A program made the translations under genes and the position numbers. A DNA stretch of 64,000 bases. Origin: a virus. Lineage: Duplodnaviria > Caudoviricetes. Below the pieces are notes generated by a model. The model saw nothing but the letters and a program-made list of their open reading frames with translations, searched no databases and was not told the DNA's origin. Shown here piece after piece: positions 18,534 to 28,000 of the stretch. The stretch lies in IMG/VR virus record IMGVR_UViG_3300028887_000070, positions 64,001-128,000 of that record; one strand, given 5' to 3'. Each line of letters starts with the position of its first letter. The first letter of the stretch is position 1.

Positions 18534-21500
18534 TTATACGATTGTACGGTAACAGTCTGGAATCTCACACTCTATTACTACATCTGCCATGAAGCATGTA
18601 GCATCTATCATTGTACATGGATAGCCCTGAATCTCTTCAGGGAGTCTAATCTTGTTGTAGTTAGAGATATAGCGGATGAGACGAACTTCGCCATTCTCAA
18701 TAGCATAGATGAAGTCAAGCTCTGTAGTCTGATAGTATGAGTACTTACGGAAGAATTTAACTCTCTCTGTAATGTCAACCTTGTCTCTAAAGCCAAAGGT
18801 AGACTTCAATACAGGAGTGTCATATGTCGAACACTTCTCGAAGAAGAAGTGTGCTCCATTCTTGTTAAGGTTATCGAGTATGTGTACTCGGTTACCTGTA
18901 GTATCTGAATCATCATCTATAGAGAATACAGATGATGTATCAATGAGTTGTGTCTTCCAAGACTTGAAGAAGTTGATTATCTTAACAATCCAGTCTCTTA
19001 CATACTCTTGGTTATGTGAAGGGATAAGATTGTAGAGGTATACCCACTCACTAGAGTCAAAGTATGCCTCAAGCGCATAGACAACATACTCGCACACTTG
19101 GTTAATGTAAGTACGTCTGTCATCTATAGAACTATAGTTTCTAGCAGTATTGAGTATATCTGCAAGATGAGCATCACGATCACTGAGGAACTCATAGTAA
19201 GTCTCAGCTACATGAGGAGTACCCTCTTCATCTACAGTAAAGAAAGTGAAGTCATTCTGAGTCTCCATGAATGACTCATAGAGTATTCTATAGACATCGT
19301 ATTCTTTCTTAGACTCAGCATGCTTCATCATGTATACAAGATGCTCACGGAGCTTTACATTAGTATAGTAGATCTCCTTAAGCTTCTCGAATGTCTGAAT
19401 GGTCTGAATAGCTGTAGGATCTTCATCATTCGTATGGTAAGCATTCATGAAGTCAGCTTCAGTGTTTCTAACAAACTCGTACGGATGATAAGAGATATCA
19501 ACGATATGACCAAATCTAGTGGTGTCTTCTATAGGGAAGACATCTTCTGGATCGTACTTTCCAGCTACTACAGCATTGTGTACGCTTGTAGGATGAGCTT
19601 TACTCCAAAGTCCTTCAGCAGTAGCATCATCGTGTACCTTAAAGTAAGCTTTCTTCTTGATGATTCCTCCATCAAGGTATGATATCTCATAGAATCCCTC
19701 AAAGAAGTCATCTATCTTGTGGTTCTTAAGGTCTTGGAAGATTCTACTTCCTGGATCTATAGCATTAGGTTCGTATCGACCACAGAGGAATGCATTCTCT
19801 CTGATCTTTACTCCCTCTTCTACATACTCAAAGAACTGTTCAGGGTTCTCTAGTACGTCATCAAGATATACTTTCTCTCCAGTACCAGGCTGAGTGTAGT
19901 TGGAATAGGTATTGAAGAGGTCTATGATTCTATCATATACTTGACTCCAGTCTTGAGAGAAGTCAAAGCCATTGATAGTCATGTTAGCTTCCATAGAGCT
20001 AGCTATATTGTCTGCCTCTACTCCATTGTATAGATAGCTCAGAGCTATCATAAGTGCCAAGAGATCATTCAATCTTACTTGGTTAGGTGAGATGAATGTA
20101 TCTATGTTTACCATAAGAGCATCTGTAGCTCTAAGGATCTCATCACTATTAGTCATAGCATCAAAGACCATATTCATGAAGTACATAGTCTGATAGAGAT
20201 ACTTTGTACTATCTATAGCAGAGTCTACACAGATATACTTAGTCCTCTCACAAGAGAAGTCTTGAGTAAGAATTTCATTGGTCTTACGTTGATGATAGTT
20301 ATCCCTCTCAGTTTCAGACATAATCTCATCTCTAGAGAGTCCATCCCAGAAGGGATCTTCTCTAGTAATAGTATCATATGACCTACGGAGAGAAGCATTC
20401 TCTATATACTTATCAGCATTCTGATCTTCTATAGGAACTCTTAAGAAGGCTAGATCATAGTTTTCATAATACTTCTCAAGTCCTATCATGTCTTCAGTGA
20501 CTGGTATGTTACTACCAGGACATATTGGTTGTCCTATGTCATCTTCAGTATAGTACTTGAAGTTGGCTCTGTCTTTCTTTTTAGTCTTCAGAATCCAGTA
20601 TGTAAAGATCTCTATGTCATCTCTGCCAAAGAGGTTCTTGATATCCATGATGTTTTTGTTAGTACTCTTATACTTCAGAATCTCATTGATGTTCTTTATT
20701 AGCTTGATCTGATAGTTCATAGGGATCTCTTTATAGTACTCAATACCATAAGACTCAAAGAGGTAACGAATAGTACGTGAATCGAAGATGTCCTTATTGA
20801 TGATATATTCCTGTACTTCAGCGATGAGATCTATCATCGTCTGTATGAGAAGGAAGATGATAAGAACGTCTTCATAGTGCTCACTACCAACAGCATAAGC
20901 ATCACTATACATAGTAGTGATAGTGTACTCTCTGTTACGGTCAAAGTAACGGAGGAACTTATAGTAGATAGGGAACTCTGTATTGGTAGCTCCGAACTTA
21001 AGTGTAGGCTTAGGACAATACAGAAGTGAGAAGTCTGGTGCTATACGAGCTGTATAAGGATCGATAGCTTTCTCTCTAAGGTGATAAAGATACTTAAAGT
21101 CAGGACCAGTATAGTCCTGCTTCATGATGTCGAGTATGTTTATATTACGTCTAGAGTTCTCACCAATCTCTGAGACATCTCTATAGATCTCCCAGGCTTG
21201 GTTATCTGCAGGATCCAGATCAGGGTCTAACCAGTCAAGAATCTTTCTGGCTAATTCACCATCAGGTCCTTCAGCATTGTAATCCTTCTGGATCTCATGT
21301 ATGTACTGATACTTGTTTACCACATCAGGATCATAATCTCCAGTATCAGGATCATAGTATCCAATACCTACATTGTTAAAGACAGTAAGGTTTGCTTCTC
21401 TAGTTATGTAGCCTTCATCCTTATATCTTTGGAGAGGTACATACTTAGTAGCATTCAGCTCTTGCATGAGAGCATCGTATTCATCTGCAGAGATAACGCC

Positions 21501-21818
21501 ATGATAGTCATGAGTGGTTATCCATTCTTTTACCTCTGCTGTTTCAGGGTATGGCTGTTGGCCATTAAGCTGTCTATAGTAGTTGTTCAGCTCATCATAA
21601 GCTTCTTCGAGATAGTCTGACTCTTTGATAAGACCAGCCTTGTATCGAATCAGCTCATCAGAGTTTCTACGAGACTCAAGTGTCTCATGTTTGAGAGCAT
21701 CTCGTTCATTCTTGACTACGGAGTTGATAGCCATGTTCTTGGTATCTCTGACAACAAGGTCGATATAGGGGTTATCAGTAAACTTCATGTCATACTGAAA
21801 CGAGTAATGTCCGCCCAT
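18534..21818 (-). CDS. baseplate wedge-like virion protein with C-terminal LRR_5 cap-like segment
   Basis: 1094 aa; IKNINEILKYKST resembles wedge motif; C-terminal FIYAIENGEVRLIRY..LPEEIQGYPCTMIDATCF; late promoter 21849-21860. Confidence 0.6.
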   Translation of the reverse strand: MGGHYSFQYDMKFTDNPYIDLVVRDTKNMAINSVVKNERDALKHETLESRRNSDELIRYKAGLIKESDYLEEAYDELNNYYRQLNGQQPYPETAEVKEWITTHDYHGVISADEYDALMQELNATKYVPLQRYKDEGYITREANLTVFNNVGIGYYDPDTGDYDPDVVNKYQYIHEIQKDYNAEGPDGELARKILDWLDPDLDPADNQAWEIYRDVSEIGENSRRNINILDIMKQDYTGPDFKYLYHLREKAIDPYTARIAPDFSLLYCPKPTLKFGATNTEFPIYYKFLRYFDRNREYTITTMYSDAYAVGSEHYEDVLIIFLLIQTMIDLIAEVQEYIINKDIFDSRTIRYLFESYGIEYYKEIPMNYQIKLIKNINEILKYKSTNKNIMDIKNLFGRDDIEIFTYWILKTKKKDRANFKYYTEDDIGQPICPGSNIPVTEDMIGLEKYYENYDLAFLRVPIEDQNADKYIENASLRRSYDTITREDPFWDGLSRDEIMSETERDNYHQRKTNEILTQDFSCERTKYICVDSAIDSTKYLYQTMYFMNMVFDAMTNSDEILRATDALMVNIDTFISPNQVRLNDLLALMIALSYLYNGVEADNIASSMEANMTINGFDFSQDWSQVYDRIIDLFNTYSNYTQPGTGEKVYLDDVLENPEQFFEYVEEGVKIRENAFLCGRYEPNAIDPGSRIFQDLKNHKIDDFFEGFYEISYLDGGIIKKKAYFKVHDDATAEGLWSKAHPTSVHNAVVAGKYDPEDVFPIEDTTRFGHIVDISYHPYEFVRNTEADFMNAYHTNDEDPTAIQTIQTFEKLKEIYYTNVKLREHLVYMMKHAESKKEYDVYRILYESFMETQNDFTFFTVDEEGTPHVAETYYEFLSDRDAHLADILNTARNYSSIDDRRTYINQVCEYVVYALEAYFDSSEWVYLYNLIPSHNQEYVRDWIVKIINFFKSWKTQLIDTSSVFSIDDDSDTTGNRVHILDNLNKNGAHFFFEKCSTYDTPVLKSTFGFRDKVDITERVKFFRKYSYYQTTELDFIYAIENGEVRLIRYISNYNKIRLPEEIQGYPCTMIDATCFMADVVIECEIPDCYRTIV

Positions 21819-21923
21819 AGCAGTGCACTCCTTTCTCTAGTTTGATTTTACTGAGATGTTGAGGGTAGCGCGAATGACGCAAATGGAGGGATGCCTAGTG
21901 CATCCCTCTCACTTGTTCCTATC

Positions 21924-22376
21924 CTATATACCTGTTTGACCATTGTGCTCCATAACGAAGTTGGTCACTCTAAAGTATACTCTCTTAGCTATGATATCGG
22001 TAATAGCCTCTTCATTGTAGAGGATACATAGCTGTTCATAGAGAGCTTCTGAAAGTCTTTGCGATACAAGAGTACAGATGTCCTTGTTGATCTGTATCTC
22101 TTCCTCTTCTTTGATATAATAGTCACTCTTGTAAGCAATATTGAGGATAGTGAACTCCTCAAAACATTGCTCTACTACAAGATCAAGCTTCTCATCTATC
22201 TTGTTATCGATGTCGATTGTGGTGATATGCTTGTATCTTTCAAGTGCTATCTGACTATCCTTGCTTTTAGCCCATGCTAGTAATGCTTTCTTCACTATAC
22301 TCCTGAATGACAGGAGGTAGATCATACTAAAAACAATAAGGACTTTGAGCAGGAAGTGTAGTGATATGGCTGGCAT
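21924..22376 (-). CDS. membrane-anchored hypothetical protein
   Basis: N-terminal TM; RBS GGAG before ATG 22376; overlaps the end of the upstream gene. Confidence 0.6.
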   Translation of the reverse strand: MPAISLHFLLKVLIVFSMIYLLSFRSIVKKALLAWAKSKDSQIALERYKHITTIDIDNKIDEKLDLVVEQCFEEFTILNIAYKSDYYIKEEEEIQINKDICTLVSQRLSEALYEQLCILYNEEAITDIIAKRVYFRVTNFVMEHNGQTGI

Positions 22377-23052
22377 AAGTTCTTTCACTCCAATTCTTTA
22401 CTTCTTCAGCTACTTCGAGAAGACCATCGTCTACCGAGTCTCCCTCTTCGTAAGCTGTACGTATATAATAGAGCACCTTAGTACAGATGTCTGGAGTTAT
22501 GCCATTATAGTATCTCTTGAAGAGTTCTGTCCACTTTCCAAACACCTGGTTGGGGTGAGTATAAAAGTTATCAGCGTTATGATAGAGCTGATGCACTGTC
22601 TTACTCATCATAACTATTGGTACCATGTTGTTTGCATGAGCGAATCTGAGCTCTGCTACTACGTGAGGTACCGATACGTAACCATAGGTATTAAGAAAGT
22701 GTTCGGTGATCATAACTGTAATGTCAAAGATTGTAAGAATACAGTGGTTCATCTCCAACGTAGCCATGTTCGAATCGATATTGTGCAGTACTTGACAGTG
22801 GTCAAGACCCATCTCCATCAAGTATGCTTTATAGTTCTTATAGAATCTAAGGCCTCTGAAGAGATTGATAACACTATGTATGAATCTGTTATAGAGGTCT
22901 ACGTCAACCATTGAGTCTTTAGTCTGCATCATAGGGAGTTCATATGGTGAGCTAGGAGAACACAACGTAGGGTTGCCGTTATTAAGGTATGCTGTTACAT
23001 CAGGGAATGGCTGTCCATTGCCCATATAAGTGAGGTCTAATGTCTCATTCAT
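22327..23052 (-). CDS. HNH-like protein, paralog of 56427-57245
   Basis: YKNY..C..LEMNH...H..SKTVHQLYHN; late promoter 23078-23089. Confidence 0.6.
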   Translation of the reverse strand: MNETLDLTYMGNGQPFPDVTAYLNNGNPTLCSPSSPYELPMMQTKDSMVDVDLYNRFIHSVINLFRGLRFYKNYKAYLMEMGLDHCQVLHNIDSNMATLEMNHCILTIFDITVMITEHFLNTYGYVSVPHVVAELRFAHANNMVPIVMMSKTVHQLYHNADNFYTHPNQVFGKWTELFKRYYNGITPDICTKVLYYIRTAYEEGDSVDDGLLEVAEEVKNWSERTYASHITTLPAQSPYCF

Positions 23053-23096
23053 ATCTATGCCTCCTTTAAGCACGTATTATAAGATAGTTTGAGGCA

Positions 23097-23305
23097 AAAG
23101 AGAGGAGGAGGCCTGTTAAGCCTCCTCAAAGGGGGTGAAGGGTTCGGTAGAGCCAAATCAAGCACCACTTGAAGATTGGATGTCGCTACGCCAAACGACA
23201 ACCGAGGGCTCAATAGGCAATACATGATTGAACCGATAGCTAGAAATGAGTAAATGAATGTGTTAAATAATCCGATAGCGGGACGAATCCGTCAACATCC
23301 CGCTC
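23097..23305 (-). ncRNA. candidate ~200-nt structured ncRNA
   Basis: Promoter AACACTATAGTG (23305-23316), 5' hairpin AGCGGGA/TCCCGCT, terminator GAGGAGGC/GCCTCCTC, no ORF of 60 aa or more. Confidence 0.5.
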
Positions 23306-23333
23306 ACTATAGTGTTGTGAGTGGTGTAAAGTA

Positions 23334-23777
23334 CTACTCAGATTCCTTAACACTTGTCTTCTTTACGTCAATGATAGCGAGTAATTCCTCTGATGATACA
23401 GCAATATCGCTATTGAGAGGTCTGACGTAGATAGAATGAATCTTTCTAAAGTCTTGTAGCGCCTTGAACACGTCCTTATCGAACTCACAATGAAGTCCGA
23501 TGTTATACCCCTTAATGAACATGAACAATCTCACTATTCCCCACAAATCATCCCTAAAGAATGACAGACTTGCTTGCTTATCAATGATGATCTTTTGAAG
23601 TTGGGGAGTAGATTTGGCTTTGAAGTAGCGTTCCATCAGCTTAACACAAATGTCATGCTGATCTTCATATGAGTCAAAACCGTGTGTTGGTATATACCCC
23701 ATGCGCTTCATACAGAAACGGATAAAGGAATCCTTACCGTTCTTGTCAATGAAGCTATGAGCCTTATTGATAGACAT
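23334..23777 (-). CDS. hypothetical protein with degenerate peptidoglycan-binding (PG_binding_1-like) segment
   Basis: KGYNIGLHCEFDKDVFKALQDFRKIHSI; next to the endolysin; late promoter 23802-23813. Confidence 0.45.
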   Translation of the reverse strand: MSINKAHSFIDKNGKDSFIRFCMKRMGYIPTHGFDSYEDQHDICVKLMERYFKAKSTPQLQKIIIDKQASLSFFRDDLWGIVRLFMFIKGYNIGLHCEFDKDVFKALQDFRKIHSIYVRPLNSDIAVSSEELLAIIDVKKTSVKESE

Positions 23778-23873
23778 AAACAGTCCCTCCTTTAAAGTGA
23801 TTATAGAATGGTTACGGAGGGAGTAATGAGCAGCAATGACAGAGGGAGGCTATTGCCCCCCTCCGTATATATG

Positions 23874-25001
23874 TCACTTGATGTCAGATACTGAGATCCA
23901 ACCAGTTACATAATTGCCGATAGGTGTTTTGCCTACGTTGCTAAGAGTATTGGTGATTCTGATGCGTCCGTTAAGTACTTTGCTGTCATAGAGATAGAAA
24001 GTACCAGACTTCTTACCAGAAGGATTCTTAGCAGTAGACGATGTGTAGAGATCAGCACTGGAAAGATTAACTTTCTGACCTGCTGCTATAGTAAGTGCTG
24101 ATGATGCAGTCTCTTCCTTCTTAGCTTCCTGGACAGGAGCTGTTGCAGATGTAGGAGCAACTATCCAACCAGTAACGTAGTTACCAATAGGAGTCTTTCC
24201 TATATTAGCTTCCGAGTTGGTGATACGAATACGTCCGTTGACTACCTTATCATCATACTTGTAGAATGTTCCAGTCTTGGTGCCAGAAGCATTCTTAGCA
24301 GTAGACGATGTGTAGAGAGGAGTATTGTTGAGCTGGAGAAGATTCGGGTTGGTTGTAGGTGTCTGAGTAGGCTGCTGAACAGTCTTAGGCTCTTCCTTAG
24401 GCTGCTCTACTACAGGCTTAGCACCCTTGATCTTTGCAGGGTAGTCTACATAGCAGTAGTCTCCATCAACTTCTCCTACGATTCCAGGAATCCTGAGAGT
24501 CCAGCTATACTGCCATATAGTATGACCAGTATAAGGAGTCTTGTTTACTCCTACATGAGCGATCCAGACATCGTATGTGTTCTTGATCTGGGTGGATATT
24601 ACCTTGGACATGTCGTAGAATGTGTAGAGACCTACGTAATATCCTGCAGCTTTAACCTTTTCAAGGAATGCAGGAATGATCTCATTCACAATGCCTCTCT
24701 GTTTTCCTTCCTCTACGTCGTAGAAGAGAGGGTAGTCGAATGTCTTACCCTTTATAGCCTGAAGGAAACAGTCAGCTTCTATGCGAGCCTCTGCAGCAGA
24801 CATAGCATAAGAATACCAGTAAGTACCAACCATGAGTCCAGCAGCTTTAGCACCAGCATAGTACTCTTCGAACTTCCTGTCCTTTTGTGAGATAAGTCTA
24901 CCATATCCAGCGCGTATGATGACAAAGTCAATACCAGACTGCTTTACAGCATTCCAGTTTACATTGCCCTGGAAGTATGAGACGTCTATACCTCTGTACA
25001 T
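23874..25001 (-). CDS. endolysin: GH25 muramidase with two C-terminal SH3-like cell-wall-binding repeats
   Basis: GIDVSYFQG, YDVEE, WQYS, VDGD; repeat LYTSSTAKN..NGRIRITN..GKTPIGNYVTGWI twice. Confidence 0.92.
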   Translation of the reverse strand: MYRGIDVSYFQGNVNWNAVKQSGIDFVIIRAGYGRLISQKDRKFEEYYAGAKAAGLMVGTYWYSYAMSAAEARIEADCFLQAIKGKTFDYPLFYDVEEGKQRGIVNEIIPAFLEKVKAAGYYVGLYTFYDMSKVISTQIKNTYDVWIAHVGVNKTPYTGHTIWQYSWTLRIPGIVGEVDGDYCYVDYPAKIKGAKPVVEQPKEEPKTVQQPTQTPTTNPNLLQLNNTPLYTSSTAKNASGTKTGTFYKYDDKVVNGRIRITNSEANIGKTPIGNYVTGWIVAPTSATAPVQEAKKEETASSALTIAAGQKVNLSSADLYTSSTAKNPSGKKSGTFYLYDSKVLNGRIRITNTLSNVGKTPIGNYVTGWISVSDIK

Positions 25002-25072
25002 AGTGTAACCTCCTTTGCGGTTAATATTATATGAATGTTTAGGGGCCTACATTGTAGACCCCTAAATATCGC

Positions 25073-28000
25073 TTAGAATGAAGGATCATCTCCTACAACG
25101 GTCATAGAAGTGATTCTTCCCTTAGCATCAAATACACAAACGAACTCCTTACCATCATTACTGTCAATAGTAGTGTCAGTGTAGAGTCCTGAGTATCCTG
25201 AAGCAGAAGGATTGTATATCGGAACCTTACCATCATCAGTACCAGATATAGTGAGAGTGTCATCCCATCTAAATGTGAGTACTCTTGTAGTTGATCTAAG
25301 GATTCCTTCCTCCGCCGTTGCATAGTAAAGACCATCAACGTAATCATTTGAGAACTTGGTATCCGATGTATTGAATACTGAGCTAATCTTAGAAGCTGCA
25401 GAAGATGAATGGTGACCAGAGATCTTGAAGAATCCGAGTGCAAGAGGAGCCTTTCTTCCTTCTACAGAACCAGTAGTCTCTTCCCTTTCAGCAATGTAGT
25501 GGTAGAAGACCTTTCTGTTGAGTATCTCTTGGAATCCAGACTTGATATAGAATCTGTGATTAGCAGTGTCTATCTCTATACGAGCTGGATATCCAGCTAT
25601 GAATACTATAGGAGCAGTCAGCGACATATCTGCTAATCTTTCTATAAGTCCGTCTTCAGTATTAACCTCGTCGAATGCTATTCCTGTAGCATCATGAGAC
25701 TGTTTAACTACCTTAAACATGAATGCTTCATACCTTACAGGCTCAGAATCTCCAGTAAGATAGTCAGCAGCTATGTCAGTAAGTCCCTTGAATGATGCTC
25801 CTAAGATAGGACAGATAACAGGAAGTATTGTATCTACTTCTTTACCCATAGATCCAGTGTTAGCATCGATATACCAGTATGCTGGAAGTGTAGAGATGTC
25901 TATAATCATTGAGTCTGACCAGAACGCCTTAGCCCAGTTATATCTATCGTAACCTTCGATAGCCATACCAGTACTTGTACCGTCTGAGTTGTAGATCATA
26001 GCGTAACCAGTTGTAGCTTGTCTATTATGCTCTTCTAACTTACGATTAGACTTAGCATAACGCTTCATTCCTGCAAGAGGACCAGCTATGTCTATACTTC
26101 TATTAGAACTAAGTCCTAACAGAAGATCCTTCCAGTTGATAGTATCAGCTTCAATAAGATCTACACCAGTACCAGTAAGAAGAAGCTTATCACCATTCTC
26201 ATCAGTTAGCGAAAGTGCAGTTACCTTCTTCAGACCAGTAGTAACTTTAGCCACATTGATTCTGTTAGCCTCATTTACTGAGTAGTCTATAGTAGGATCA
26301 GTCTTGTCTCTGAGGAATGTATCTATACCACCATGAGGATGATCTGATGTTACATTGAACTCATACATTGCTGTTGTAGAATATGAGTTCTCTGCTTGCC
26401 AAGTGATCGCAGTGTTTGCATCAAAGAAGCTCATCTTAGTATTGATAGTTTCAAAGTTTCTATTTTGATCTGTGATTTTGGCTTTACCCTGTCCATTACC
26501 TATATCCTTAGTAAAGAGATCATACATGAAATCATACAGACTTCTGTACTTAGTCTTACTTGCATCAGTATAGATGAACTTCTCGTCGATACCTCTGTTG
26601 TACATAGCCATCTTCTCAAGAGCAGTAGACTCATTTCTGTCGAAGAGTTTCCAACAGTCTATAGTCTTAAACCACTTCTGGAAGTCGATTCCGTACTGTG
26701 TATCTGGACGAGGAGGGAACTCATTCATCCTAGGTACTCTTGGATAAGGACAGCTAGGCTGATAGAATGCTATTGATGAAGGAACAACTTGAACCACAGA
26801 GTATGGGAACAGTCTTACACCTCTAGGTCTTATGATATACTTATTTCTATCACAAGTAACACTCTCCCAAGAACTTGTTGAAGCGTTCCATATATGCTGA
26901 ACGAGATTCTCTTGATAGAATACATCGTTCTGTTGTACATCTGTAGAACCAGGAGATGCAGGAGTAAAGTGAAGTGTGATAGATCTCTCGTACCAACCAT
27001 AAGTCTTATGTGCATCATCATCCTGACCAGTGTAGTAATAGAGTGTCTTATCCACTGCAGCAGTCTTATAAGCCTCATACATAGTCTTAGTTACTACTGT
27101 AGTAAACTCTCTATCCTCAAAGAGTCGGAAGGAATCTATGTGCATTTCATCTACACCAAGATTCTGTACTACACTGATAGGACGTATTATCTGTCCAGGG
27201 TTACCATTTGCGGCAAACTCAGCACGAATGAACTCTTGGAGTATGAATACAGTAACACGTTCATAAAGTATTTCCTTAGTATCAAAGTTAACCATGTGAG
27301 GATACTCTACATGAAGCTTACGTACTGAGAAGAAGTTTCTACCTGTGTCACCATAGTTGTTGATGAAGTGAGGTACCACATCAAAGTTAGATATCTCGTA
27401 CTCGAATGTGTACTTTGGAGTAGCAAGATTGGTTCCTATGAGAAACTTAGCGTTATCCTGTGAGTAATCAAGTTGTATTTCAGAAGTGAAAGTTGTACCA
27501 TGACTACTGTCATCAAGCTTGTATACAATATCTTCGATGTCCTCGGCGATATGAACAACTCTGAAGTTAAACATAACCTCTTTACATTGGTCTTCGGAGA
27601 TACCTGTAGCTGTCTTGATATCTTCAATGATGCTATCAGACATCAAGTAAGTTGCTGTACAATGACGGTCATCTGTAGTAGGTGTAACAGATGTCTTGTC
27701 GAAAGGATCGATTGTAGAAGAGAGTTCTACGAACTGATCGTCATTAGAACCAAACAGGCCATTGCCGCTACCAGCAAGCACGAGATGACTATTTGAAGGA
27801 TTGCTGAACATATCTATTCCAATGTTCTTGCTACCATTAGCTCCAGTATTCCACCAATGAGTAGTGATGTATGGAGCATAGTCAGAGTTCTCTATATTGA
27901 TCTCAGTGTTTACACCATTGATCTTGAAGCTTATTGGTCTCTGAGACGTAAGAGATATGTAGTTATCTACGTCTCTTACAGGAACGAACTTAATACCTTG

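Noticed and set aside
23890-24330. Near-identical DNA repeats in the endolysin gene
   Set aside because: Explained by duplicated cell-wall-binding domains
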